This document shows positions 7,826-17,724 of a stretch of DNA of 64,000 nt, in pieces. Under the pieces are notes generated by a model that saw nothing but the letters and a program-made list of their open reading frames with translations, did no database searches and was not told the DNA's origin. Source of the stretch: Candidatus Methylomirabilota bacterium (GTDB lineage Bacteria > Verrucomicrobiota > Verrucomicrobiia > Limisphaerales > SXQI01); NCBI GenBank assembly GCA_035627835.1, contig DASPKX010000172.1, forward strand, positions 26,949-90,948, given 5' to 3'. The first letter of the stretch is position 1, and each line of letters opens with the position of its first letter. The position numbers and the translations under genes are program-made.

Positions 7826-10522
7826 ATGCCCCGGCTCCTGCTTTTCCTCGCGCTCCTTTTGGCGCCTCGTTGCGCAGCCGATGAGATTGGCCTGATTCGT
7901 GTGGGTGAGCCCTGGCGCTATTATCCCGTCACCCAGGCGCCAGCAGGAGATTGGCGTTCACAGAACTATGACGACTCCGCGTGGGCGAGTGGGCCTGGAG
8001 GGTTTAGCGCAGGCATTGGGTGGCGGCTGGAGGAAGCGACCCAACTCAGTGGATTCGCTTTCAATTACCACACTGTCCTTTTTCGGAAGCAGTTCACAGT
8101 TGCCGACACAAACCTCATTCAATGGCTGGCTCTGCGCGCGGATTGGGATGATGGGTTCATTGCTTACCTGAACGGCGTCGAAGTTCTGCGACGCGGCTTC
8201 TTCAATCCCACAAACCCCGTTGCCCTTACTGCCCACGCTGACTTCCCCCACGGCCGCCCTGCCGCCGAAGAGCTGGATATAACGGCGCACCGCCACTTGC
8301 TGCTGACCGGGACGAACACGCTTGCGGTTCAGGTCCACAACGCCGCCTGGAGCGCCACTGCATCGACGATGTGCTGGGCCGCTGAACTTCTGGCGAACTT
8401 CACACGAAGCCCGTTCATACAAAACACCAGCAGCAACTCAGTTCAAATCATCTTCAAGACACTGCAACCGACAACAGCTCGCGTGACGATCGCCCCGGTT
8501 GCCGATCCTTCCGACACTCGCGCCATCTCCGCACCATTCGCAACGAACAAGCATGTGGTTACGGTGACAAACCTTATTCCCGATCAGCAATATAGCTATC
8601 AGGTCACCATTGAAGCTGGCGGACGAACTGCGCTCTCACCGCCAGCGCATTTCAAGACGCTTTCGATGAGAGGCGCGGCCCGCTTTTATCTCCTTGGCGA
8701 CTCTGGCTCCGGCTCTGCGGAGCAAGTTGCGATCGCGCAGCAGATGCGGAAAGTCCCCGGAGACTTCGTCGTTCTGCTCGGTGACGTGGTTTACCCAAGC
8801 TTCGTGCCGCAGCTCGAAGACCTGCGCCTGTTCAGCGTGTATGCCGACCAGATGCGCACGACACCGTTCTTCCTTGCGGCTGGGAATCATGATGGCTACG
8901 CGCACCGGCCCTTCTTTTTCGACGCGTTTTATTTGCCCACAAACAACATGACCGGCGGTGAAGAGTTCTACTCGTTCGATCACGGCGCTGGCCACTTCAT
9001 CGTCCTCGACACGGACCTGCAAGTGGCTGCTCGTTATGATGGCGACAGCCCGCAATACAAATGGCTGGAGGCTGACCTCGCGGCGACGCGGCAGCCGTGG
9101 AAGATGATCTTCTTCCACCACATCATCCGCAGCTCAGCATACCATAATTACGACGACTATAATCGTAACGGCATCCACGACTCCGCCGAGCTGCAATTTA
9201 GCATTGGAACTCTCGCCGAAAAATACGGTGTGCAACTCATCGTCACTGGGCACGACCACATCTACGAGCGCCTGAAGCCCCGCGGCGGAACGACCACGAT
9301 CGTGAGCGGCGGGGGTGGCGAGGACACTTATTGGCTGAACATTCTTCACCCGGAGAGCGCGCGCTTCATGCCGGCCTTTCATTATTTGAAAGTGGAGTTG
9401 GATGAGCAACGCCTGCATGTTCAGGCGCTCGGGGCGGATAACGCTCCGCTCGATGAACTCCATCTATTCCTCCCTGATCCCCCCACAAACACCCATGCAT
9501 CCACGTGGCACACTCCGGTCATCGAAGCCGTTGCTGGCCATGAAGACGCCAACATTCCTAGCCAGGAATTCGATTTCGTCGGGGAGCCGATCCCAACCCG
9601 CACCGGCCAATTAAGCTCCCTGGGCGCTGTGCATGTGAGTAATGATCGTGAAATGCTGCACATTGGCTTCGCCACGCCGATGCTTCCCCGCGGCGCGGAT
9701 CTGCTGGTTTTCATTGGCGCTCCCGGCCGAAGCGGAGTCAGGACGATGCAAGGCGTCGGCAACGGCCTCATTGATCCTGACGGGGAGGGGGCTGACGGGT
9801 TGGACGTGCTGGAAAACCTATCCTTCTCGGCATTTGAGCCTGCCGTGGCTGCAATCCTCGGCGATGAGCAGGCGGACGGAACTGCGCGAGGGTTTGGCAG
9901 AGCCGGAGCCTCGTTCCGAGGCGGCCAGGGCGTCTTTCACCTGCGCCCTGAATTGCCGACCGTTGCCGGGGCGCGCATTCAGCAGTTCAACACCTCCCCA
10001 CAAACCTTCAATTTTCCCTGGGAAGAGGATGCCGATTACATCAAGGTCTCGATCCCGCTCTCCGCGCTGAACGCGTCCGTCACGGGTGACGTCCAGGTGG
10101 CTGCAGTGGTTGCGCTGCCCATTGCGAACCTCACCTCACAGCGCCGCGACATTGACGGCGCTGTTCTTGGCGAGATGAAAGGCTCCAGGATTGGTCCCAT
10201 TGAACTCACCCCGGTGCGGGTAAAACTCGCGAATGGGGGTGACAGTGATGGCGACGGCGCCACGGACACACATGAAGCTGTGGCGGGAACTGACCCGAAC
10301 AATCCAGCTTCTGTTCTCCGTTTGAAAATCGTCCAAGAAGCCGAAGGACATGCCCTCGTGTGGGATGCGGTGGCAGGGAAAACCTACACCCTCCAAACAT
10401 CAACCTCGATCAGCGCGCCTGCGTGGACCACGCACCGCACCGTTAACGGGGTGCAAGGCGCTCAGCGACTTTCATTGCCGCGGACGCCTACGACGACCTT
10501 CTGGCGCCTGGCTGTGCAATGA
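7826..10522 (+). CDS. Secreted calcineurin-like metallophosphoesterase (purple-acid-phosphatase-like core) with N-terminal jelly-roll-like region and C-terminal TSP3-like/FYRL module
   Basis: The signal peptide is MPRLLLFLALLLAPRCAA. Metallophosphoesterase motifs are LLGDSGSG, LLGDVVYP, AAGNHD, FFHH and TGHDHIYER. The C-terminus reads DSDGDGATDTHEAVAGTDPNNPASVLRL ... TTFWRLAVQ. Confidence 0.8.
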   Translation: MPRLLLFLALLLAPRCAADEIGLIRVGEPWRYYPVTQAPAGDWRSQNYDDSAWASGPGGFSAGIGWRLEEATQLSGFAFNYHTVLFRKQFTVADTNLIQWLALRADWDDGFIAYLNGVEVLRRGFFNPTNPVALTAHADFPHGRPAAEELDITAHRHLLLTGTNTLAVQVHNAAWSATASTMCWAAELLANFTRSPFIQNTSSNSVQIIFKTLQPTTARVTIAPVADPSDTRAISAPFATNKHVVTVTNLIPDQQYSYQVTIEAGGRTALSPPAHFKTLSMRGAARFYLLGDSGSGSAEQVAIAQQMRKVPGDFVVLLGDVVYPSFVPQLEDLRLFSVYADQMRTTPFFLAAGNHDGYAHRPFFFDAFYLPTNNMTGGEEFYSFDHGAGHFIVLDTDLQVAARYDGDSPQYKWLEADLAATRQPWKMIFFHHIIRSSAYHNYDDYNRNGIHDSAELQFSIGTLAEKYGVQLIVTGHDHIYERLKPRGGTTTIVSGGGGEDTYWLNILHPESARFMPAFHYLKVELDEQRLHVQALGADNAPLDELHLFLPDPPTNTHASTWHTPVIEAVAGHEDANIPSQEFDFVGEPIPTRTGQLSSLGAVHVSNDREMLHIGFATPMLPRGADLLVFIGAPGRSGVRTMQGVGNGLIDPDGEGADGLDVLENLSFSAFEPAVAAILGDEQADGTARGFGRAGASFRGGQGVFHLRPELPTVAGARIQQFNTSPQTFNFPWEEDADYIKVSIPLSALNASVTGDVQVAAVVALPIANLTSQRRDIDGAVLGEMKGSRIGPIELTPVRVKLANGGDSDGDGATDTHEAVAGTDPNNPASVLRLKIVQEAEGHALVWDAVAGKTYTLQTSTSISAPAWTTHRTVNGVQGAQRLSLPRTPTTTFWRLAVQ

Positions 10523-10525
10523 CTT

Positions 10526-10667
10526 GGGAGGAAGAGGAAGACATCCGCAGATTGCGCAGATTCCACAGATTAAAATCGGCAACGAATAAACGATTTCCTC
10601 TCTCTGCTATCTCTGCTGGCTCTCGTGATTCTGTTTTTTAATCTGCGTTAATCTGCGGAGATCCTGC
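10526..10667. repeat. Palindromic extragenic repeat (MITE/REP-like), full copy 1
   Basis: A purine-rich leader gggaggaagaggaaga precedes the left arm ccGCAGATT gcGCAGATT ccaCAGATT aaaa (10545-10575). A ~60-bp core follows. The right arm ttttttAATCTGCgttAATCTGCgg (10634-10658) is the inverted complement of the left arm. The element lies between convergent genes. Confidence 0.8.
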
Positions 10668-10670
10668 TTC

Positions 10671-11429
10671 TTACTTCGGTGTCAGGGTCACCTGCCGCAG
10701 ATCCATAACCGCTCCGCCGGGCTTCTTTTGCGGCCTCACAGCGAGTGTGTATCGCCCCGGCGCATCAAACTTAAAGACCCCCAGGTCTCTCGTGATGAAA
10801 TCCTGAAAGTGCTTCGTCTCGATCACAGTCGTCTCCAGCCGCTGCCCGTTGCACTCATACGCCACAGTGCTCCCGCCGTGCTTCGGTCCGCAGCCCTGTA
10901 AAATCTCGACCTGGTAAGTTCCCGCTTTGGGCGCATAAAAATCCCAGCTCACCCAATCCTCAACCTTCATCCAGTAGCCAATGGTGTTCTTGTTGGTTTG
11001 CGGCTCGTAACGAACCATGGACCCATGGATTTCCACATCGCGCGCATGCAGCAGAATCACACCGTCGCGTTGCGGGCGGATGACGTGTGATGGAAGCTCG
11101 CTCGCATTGACATTCGTCTCGGCGCGGGGCGGAGGTTCCTGCGCGTTCTTTAGCTGCGCTTTGAGCCGAGCCAGCAACTCGGAGGTCAACGGCGAAACTT
11201 GATTGGCGATATTCGTCCGCCCTTCCTCAGGTTTGCTCAAATCGAACAGGCGAACATGCCCATCCTTCTCAAAACGCTCCAACCGGTGCGTCTCGGTTTC
11301 GAGCACATCCGCCGGGCCGGCCCCGGACCCCAGGTCATGCTCCCGGCTGAAATTATCAGCTGCATGAACGGCCAGAAGGGAAGCCGCCATCAAAGTGAAA
11401 CCAAGCAGTCGCTGGAACAAGGCTTTCAT
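10671..11429 (-). CDS. Secreted hypothetical protein with C-terminal jelly-roll/CBM-like domain (resembles the tail region found on PVC sulfatases)
   Basis: The signal peptide is MKALFQRLLGFTLMAASLLAVHAADN. The segment LFDLSKPEEGRTNIANQ..LL..LK resembles the extreme C-terminal motif of sulfatases. It is followed by LHARDVEIHGSMVRYE...IGYW...WVSWDF...GTYQVEI, which I recognise from memory only. Confidence 0.7.
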   Translation of the reverse strand: MKALFQRLLGFTLMAASLLAVHAADNFSREHDLGSGAGPADVLETETHRLERFEKDGHVRLFDLSKPEEGRTNIANQVSPLTSELLARLKAQLKNAQEPPPRAETNVNASELPSHVIRPQRDGVILLHARDVEIHGSMVRYEPQTNKNTIGYWMKVEDWVSWDFYAPKAGTYQVEILQGCGPKHGGSTVAYECNGQRLETTVIETKHFQDFITRDLGVFKFDAPGRYTLAVRPQKKPGGAVMDLRQVTLTPK

Positions 11430-11432
11430 AAA

Positions 11433-11909
11433 TCACCCACGGTAAACGATCAGCACGCCATAATCGTTCAGCATTTGGCGAGTGCCCATATCAATGTGGC
11501 TGTAGTTCACTGTTGAAATTGAAATGATGTTCGCTTCCCCAACCTTTTGCAGGAACTCCGACACCCGCTCATCAAAGGCGTCATGCCCGACCTCCTGGCA
11601 CTCCGTACGCTTAATGCAGCGAATCCGAATCTTTCGTTCGCCATCGGTTTTTGCCGCGACGTCCAGGGGCGCATTCGGCTTCTTGATCAGCACCTCGGCA
11701 GGCGTGTCGTGGACCGGCACCGCGAAGCGCTTATGCTCCTTATGCCCTGCGGGCGCGGACGCGGGGTTATGCGTCTTGAGATTGGCAGGGTCGGGCTGTG
11801 GAATGACAATGTTAACGCTGCAGGAAGGACAGTTGATCGCCTGGCCAGCCATCTGTGTGTCTGCTTCCAGTTGTTGGCGGCAATTTGGGCAATTGAATAA
11901 AATTTCCAT
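11433..11909 (-). CDS. Zinc-ribbon protein with uncharacterised C-terminal alpha/beta domain
   Basis: The N-terminus MEILFNCPNCRQQLEADTQMAGQAINCPSCS carries two CxxC pairs. The conserved-looking C-terminus is IRIRCIKRTECQEV...ISISTVNYSHIDMG...YGVLIVYRG. The gene ends 3 nt before the downstream gene, so the two form a likely operon. Confidence 0.7.
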   Translation of the reverse strand: MEILFNCPNCRQQLEADTQMAGQAINCPSCSVNIVIPQPDPANLKTHNPASAPAGHKEHKRFAVPVHDTPAEVLIKKPNAPLDVAAKTDGERKIRIRCIKRTECQEVGHDAFDERVSEFLQKVGEANIISISTVNYSHIDMGTRQMLNDYGVLIVYRG

Positions 11910-12099
11910 GCGCTCCTCCGATGCAACGTCTGACGATCAGTCCGAGCCGCTCGCGCAACCCGGTGGTTTGCCGCATCCTACAATCCTGCCGCGGAACATT
12001 CCAGCCGGAAACGAAACGCTGGCTGCATCATTTGCAGACGCCTATTCGGCGCTCCACAAATATCTTCCCTCTCCTCCGGCGCTATCGGCATCCTGACTC

Positions 12100-12507
12100 G
12101 TGCCGCGAAAATCCCGCGCTCTCGAGCGCCGCACTCTAAAAAAATTTCAGATCCCTGCCCCAGGACGAAAAACAGCTGCCTCCCCAAGCGCCGCGCACAA
12201 TGTTTACGTGATCCGGCTTGATGGTGTGGTGGGCGACTGGTTGAAAGCGAAGAAACTGAACCCCAACCGCAATCCGAACCTGCCGTGCGTTTATGTGGGA
12301 ATGACGGGCCTGGCTCCGGAAGAACGGTTCGCAAATCACAAAGCGGGGGTAAAAGCCGCGGCGGTCGTTAAATACCACGGCCAAAAACTTCTACCCGAAC
12401 TCTTCGCCCACCTGAACCCAATGCCCTACGACGTGGCTGTCGTCATGGAACGCGAACTCGCGGAGGATCTACGCGCCGCGGGCTACACGGTCTTCGGCGG
12501 CAAATAA
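12100..12507 (+). CDS. Hypothetical protein, possibly GIY-YIG-like fold
   Basis: The pattern VYVIRL ... PCVYVGMTGLAPEERFANHKAG ... ERELAEDLRAAGYTVFGG loosely follows GIY-(x)n-YVG..R..H..E spacing. The start is GTG and the assignment is weak. Confidence 0.55.
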   Translation: MPRKSRALERRTLKKFQIPAPGRKTAASPSAAHNVYVIRLDGVVGDWLKAKKLNPNRNPNLPCVYVGMTGLAPEERFANHKAGVKAAAVVKYHGQKLLPELFAHLNPMPYDVAVVMERELAEDLRAAGYTVFGGK

Positions 12508-13611
12508 TCAGTTGGCGACCACAGGAGACAGGAAATACATCCGCCCAGCCTCAAGCTTCAAGGCATCTGGAGTCAGCTCCAGCTTAATGACAGGCGGCTC
12601 GCTTTTCCCAAACAGGCTAAACGCATCCAGGAACGAGAATGGCTGCTGATACCGTATCAAATTAGCCTCACCGATGCCGGCGATCCGTTGGGCCGCGCGC
12701 ACTGCCGTTTCAAAGTTGCCCAGCTCGTCCACGAAGCCATGCTGGTACGCCTGGGTGCCAGTCAGCACTCGACCATCCGCGTACTCCTGCCAGTTATCCG
12801 CCAGCTTCCGTCCCTCACCTTTGTTCAAGGTGTTAGCGCGGCTGCGACCATCGACGACCACCTTTTTGAACTTTCCAAAAGTCTCATCGACGATGTCCTG
12901 AATCATCTTGGTTTCTTCGGGATCAATCTCACTCGGGAGTTTTGAACCGCGCAGCATGTCCTTGAAGCGCCCGCTCTTGAAGACCTGCGGAGTCAGCCCA
13001 ACCTTGTCCATTAACCCGCGATAATTGAACGTGGACATGATCACACCAATGCTCCCTGTCAGGGTTAACTCATTCGCCACAATCCACTGGCAGGGGGCCG
13101 ACACATAATATCCACCGGAAGCCGCCAGGCCGCCCATGGCCGCGATCACCGGCTTGTCATATTCCTCCTGAAATTGCAGCAACGCTCGGGAAATATCATC
13201 CGAAGCCATCACTTCACCGCCGGGAGAATCGACCTTCAGAATCACGGCTTTAACCTTGTCATCGCGGCCCGCGACCTTCAGTTGGTCCTCGATAAAATCG
13301 ACCATGCTATTGCCGCTGGCATCGAATGAAATGCGCGTGATCATGCCGGTCACATCAATGATCGCGATTTTGTCATCGGATTGATTATTCTCCACCAGAA
13401 CCTCGTGAAACTGCATGCCGCTCTGCTGCCCGGTGGACTTTGATCCCAGCTTCGACAACAGCATTAGTCCGAGAACTCCCAACAGCAGCAGCGACAACAG
13501 CATCCAACCGCGCCCGGTCTTGCGCACTGTCACAGTCACAGGCGCCTGGGGCGGCTGCTGAGGAGGTAGCGGTGGCGGCGTGTGTTGAATTGGGGGCACC
13601 TCGTTGTCCAT
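12508..13611 (-). CDS. sppA: Signal peptide peptidase SppA (36K type)
   Basis: Motifs IAIIDVTGMI, AVILKVDSPGGEVMASD, KPVIAAMGGLAASGGYY and LTGSIGV. The start is set at ATG 13611 (MDNEVPP), because the longer ORF to 13674 would run through the eno terminator T-tract. Confidence 0.9.
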   Translation of the reverse strand: MDNEVPPIQHTPPPLPPQQPPQAPVTVTVRKTGRGWMLLSLLLLGVLGLMLLSKLGSKSTGQQSGMQFHEVLVENNQSDDKIAIIDVTGMITRISFDASGNSMVDFIEDQLKVAGRDDKVKAVILKVDSPGGEVMASDDISRALLQFQEEYDKPVIAAMGGLAASGGYYVSAPCQWIVANELTLTGSIGVIMSTFNYRGLMDKVGLTPQVFKSGRFKDMLRGSKLPSEIDPEETKMIQDIVDETFGKFKKVVVDGRSRANTLNKGEGRKLADNWQEYADGRVLTGTQAYQHGFVDELGNFETAVRAAQRIAGIGEANLIRYQQPFSFLDAFSLFGKSEPPVIKLELTPDALKLEAGRMYFLSPVVAN

Positions 13612-13670
13612 GCGGAAGACCGTAGCCGACCGCCCCAGCCAGAGCAAGTCGCCCCCCGCAGCCGCGATTG

Positions 13671-13711
13671 CCAAACAAAAGCCCCTCTCCTCCGGGTGGG
13701 AGAAGAGGGGC
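13671..13711 (-). terminator. Rho-independent terminator of eno
   Basis: A GC-rich hairpin gcccctctcctcc-gggt-gggagaagaggggc (13681-13711) starts 23 nt after the eno stop. On the minus strand it is followed by TTTTGTTTGG (complement of 13671-13680). Confidence 0.7.
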
Positions 13712-13733
13712 GCAAATCGGCTAACAGGAGCCT

Positions 13734-15026
<1,293 letters not shown>

Positions 15027-15100
15027 TCAGCGTCCAAAAACGCGGCGCGCATATTAAGGGCCGGCCCCGCGCTGGCAATAAGTTTTGAGCCTCGCTTTCA

Positions 15101-17563
15101 GTGGACAACTCCCCCGTTCCGCATAACCTACGATTGAACGTGCGCGACCTTCCTCAGCCCTCCCTCGAATTGCCCAGCTCCGGCGCGGCGGCATTGCAGC
15201 TCCCGCAGCTCTCCATTTCTGTGCGGGAGCTGGTCGCGTTCTCGTGCGCTGCGGGCGACTTGGGCGGCGGCAGCTTCTCTGGGCCAAACCGAGCGCTCGA
15301 AGGCTCCAAAGGCCATCAGCGCGTGCAAAAATCCCGGCCTCCCGGGTACCAGACGGAAGTCAGCCTCCGCCACGAAACCAACTTCGGCGACCTCACCTTG
15401 CGCATCCTTGGCCGAATCGATGGTGTCTCCCGCACCGTTTATGGGGTTCGCCTCGAGGAAATCAAAACCCTCGCGGGAGCCTGGTCCCGCAATGCGGACC
15501 CAGAGCATTGGGCGCAGCTCAAAATCTACGGGTTCATCTACGCCCAGCAACACGGGTTGAGTGAGGTCGAACTCCAGCTCACTTATCTGGAGCTTCAAAC
15601 CAACCGTCTCCATGAGCTGGTGGAACTCTGGCGATTCGAATCTCTCCGCGCGTTTTTCGAGCGGGTCACTGGCGCTTATGTGGAGTGGATGCGCAAAGAG
15701 CTTCGATGGCGCGCCTGCCGCGATGCCTCACTGGCGGAGCTTCCTTTTCCCCACGACACCCTTCGCCCGGGCCAACAGCAACTCATTGACCAAGTTTCCA
15801 ACGCGATAAACTCCGGCCACAAACTCTTCGCTGAAGCTCCGACCGGCATTGGCAAAACCGCCTCAGTCCTGTTCCCCGCCTTGCACGCGCTCGGCGGGCG
15901 CAAAGCCGAGAAGATTTTCTACCTCACGGCTAAGGGGAGCGGCAAAATCATCGCGGAGAAGTCCGTCTCGGATTTTAGATCTGTGGGCGCGCGAGTCCGC
16001 TCACTCACCTTAACCGCTCGCGAGAAAATCTGTTTTGGTGACCAAAAACCCTGCGACACCTCCACCTGCCCTTTCGCAAAAGGTTATTACGATCGGAGCA
16101 AAGCCGCGCTTAAGGACCTGCTCGAACGCGAATTCATCACGCGGGGAGTTATCGAAGAAGTTGCGCGCAAACACACCGTTTGCCCCTTTCAACTCTCGCT
16201 CGAGGCTGTTGATTGGTCCGAGCTGATTGTCTGCGACTACAATTATCTCTTCGACCCTGCCGCGTTTCTCAAGCACCTCTTCGCTGCGCCGGGCAACGAT
16301 TACCTCTTTCTCATCGACGAAGCGCACAATCTCCTGGAGCGCGCCCGGGAAATGTTCTCGGCCGAAATTACCTCCAGTGAATTAGAAGGCCTCCGTCCGT
16401 TCCTTCAAGACGTCGCGCCTGAATGTGCGGTTGGCCTTCGCGCCGCTGTCAAAGAACTCGAAGCGCTATCAGAAGAGTTTCTCCCCGAAGGGCGCCCCGA
16501 ATGCGCGATTGCCGAGTCGCCGCGCAACCTCACGACAATGCTCCAGGGGGTCGTCACAAGCGCCGAAGCCTGGCTGTCGCTCAACAAGAAAACGGAATTT
16601 CGCGAGGCCCTAACGGAGCTGTACTTCAAGGCGCTCGCCTTCGTGCGCACTGCGGAAATTTTCGACGACAGCCATGTGACTATCGTTCGCCGGGAGAATG
16701 GCTCGATCCTCGTCCGTCTCTTCTGCGTTGATCCCAGCCGCCTCCTCTCCGCCGCGCTTCAACGCGGCCGCACCGCGATTTTCTTCTCCGCCACGCTCTC
16801 CCCGCTGGAATACTTCCGCGAGACCCTCGGCGGAGCGCCCACGGACCCCTTGCTCAGCCTCACGTCCCCGTTTCCTCAAGAGCACATGGGCCTCTTCATC
16901 AACCCGCGTGTGCGCACTGACTTTCGAAACCGCGGCCGCAGCTACGAAGAAATCGCCCTCGGCATCGGCCACGTGGCCCTCTCCCGCTCCGGGCGCTACC
17001 TTGCGTTCTTTCCTTCGTACGATTACCTCCAACAAACGCTCGCCCGGTTCAAGATCCTCTTCCCGCAACTCGAAGTCCTCGTGCAACGCCGCTCAATGTC
17101 GGACGCCGAGCGTGAAGAATTCCTCGATCAATTCGACCTCTCATTGCCCAACGACACTCTTCAGGAATCGTCCACTCCCGCTGCCAAGCTCGGGTTCGCC
17201 GTCATGGGCGGAGTGTTTGGAGAAGGAATCGATCTCGTGGGCGACCGCCTGATTGGCGCGATCATTGTTGGTGTTGGCCTGCCGCAAGTCTGTCTAGAGC
17301 GTGACCTCATCAAGAATTACTACGACGTGCAGGGCAAACGTGGCTTCGCCTACGCCTATATATATCCCGGGATGAACAAAGTCCTGCAGGCGGCTGGGCG
17401 CGTCATCCGTTCCGAGCACGACCGCGGCCTCGCCTTGCTAGTGGACGCCCGCTTCGCCGAACGCCCGTACCGCGACCTCCTTCCGTCATGGTGGGCCCCA
17501 AAGCTGGTGGACACCACCACCCTCCCCGAAGTCGCCACCACCTTCTGGTCCGCGCAGCGATAA
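15101..17563 (+). CDS. PD-(D/E)XK nuclease domain fused to XPD/DinG-type Fe-S superfamily-2 DNA helicase
   Basis: The N-terminal ~200 aa carry GRIDGV ... LEEIKT (D..ExK) and QLKIYGFIY (QxxxY), as in RecB/Cas4-type nucleases. The helicase part has AEAPTGIGKT (Walker A) and a Cys cluster CFGDQKPCDTSTCPF...VCPF (Fe-S). It also has VCDYNYLFDP, DEAHNL, FGEGIDLVGD and QAAGRVIRSEHDRG. Confidence 0.85.
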   Translation: MDNSPVPHNLRLNVRDLPQPSLELPSSGAAALQLPQLSISVRELVAFSCAAGDLGGGSFSGPNRALEGSKGHQRVQKSRPPGYQTEVSLRHETNFGDLTLRILGRIDGVSRTVYGVRLEEIKTLAGAWSRNADPEHWAQLKIYGFIYAQQHGLSEVELQLTYLELQTNRLHELVELWRFESLRAFFERVTGAYVEWMRKELRWRACRDASLAELPFPHDTLRPGQQQLIDQVSNAINSGHKLFAEAPTGIGKTASVLFPALHALGGRKAEKIFYLTAKGSGKIIAEKSVSDFRSVGARVRSLTLTAREKICFGDQKPCDTSTCPFAKGYYDRSKAALKDLLEREFITRGVIEEVARKHTVCPFQLSLEAVDWSELIVCDYNYLFDPAAFLKHLFAAPGNDYLFLIDEAHNLLERAREMFSAEITSSELEGLRPFLQDVAPECAVGLRAAVKELEALSEEFLPEGRPECAIAESPRNLTTMLQGVVTSAEAWLSLNKKTEFREALTELYFKALAFVRTAEIFDDSHVTIVRRENGSILVRLFCVDPSRLLSAALQRGRTAIFFSATLSPLEYFRETLGGAPTDPLLSLTSPFPQEHMGLFINPRVRTDFRNRGRSYEEIALGIGHVALSRSGRYLAFFPSYDYLQQTLARFKILFPQLEVLVQRRSMSDAEREEFLDQFDLSLPNDTLQESSTPAAKLGFAVMGGVFGEGIDLVGDRLIGAIIVGVGLPQVCLERDLIKNYYDVQGKRGFAYAYIYPGMNKVLQAAGRVIRSEHDRGLALLVDARFAERPYRDLLPSWWAPKLVDTTTLPEVATTFWSAQR

Positions 17564-17724
17564 ACCATTTCGTTGCCACGCATTATGGCAGGCCCGGCCC
17601 CGACCGGGCGTCCTCCCGTCGAATGCAGAAGCCGCGGAAATCGTCTGATTTCGCTGTTGACACCCCATCGCATTTTACATTACACGTATTTCATTATGGT
17701 CCCGCCCGGGCCGGGAAGACGCCC

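Noticed and set aside
10545-10658. GCAGATT direct repeats as a possible CRISPR array
   Set aside because: The units are only 9 bp and directly abutting, with no spacers. The arms are inverted copies of each other, and no cas genes are in the window. This is a palindromic extragenic repeat, not CRISPR.
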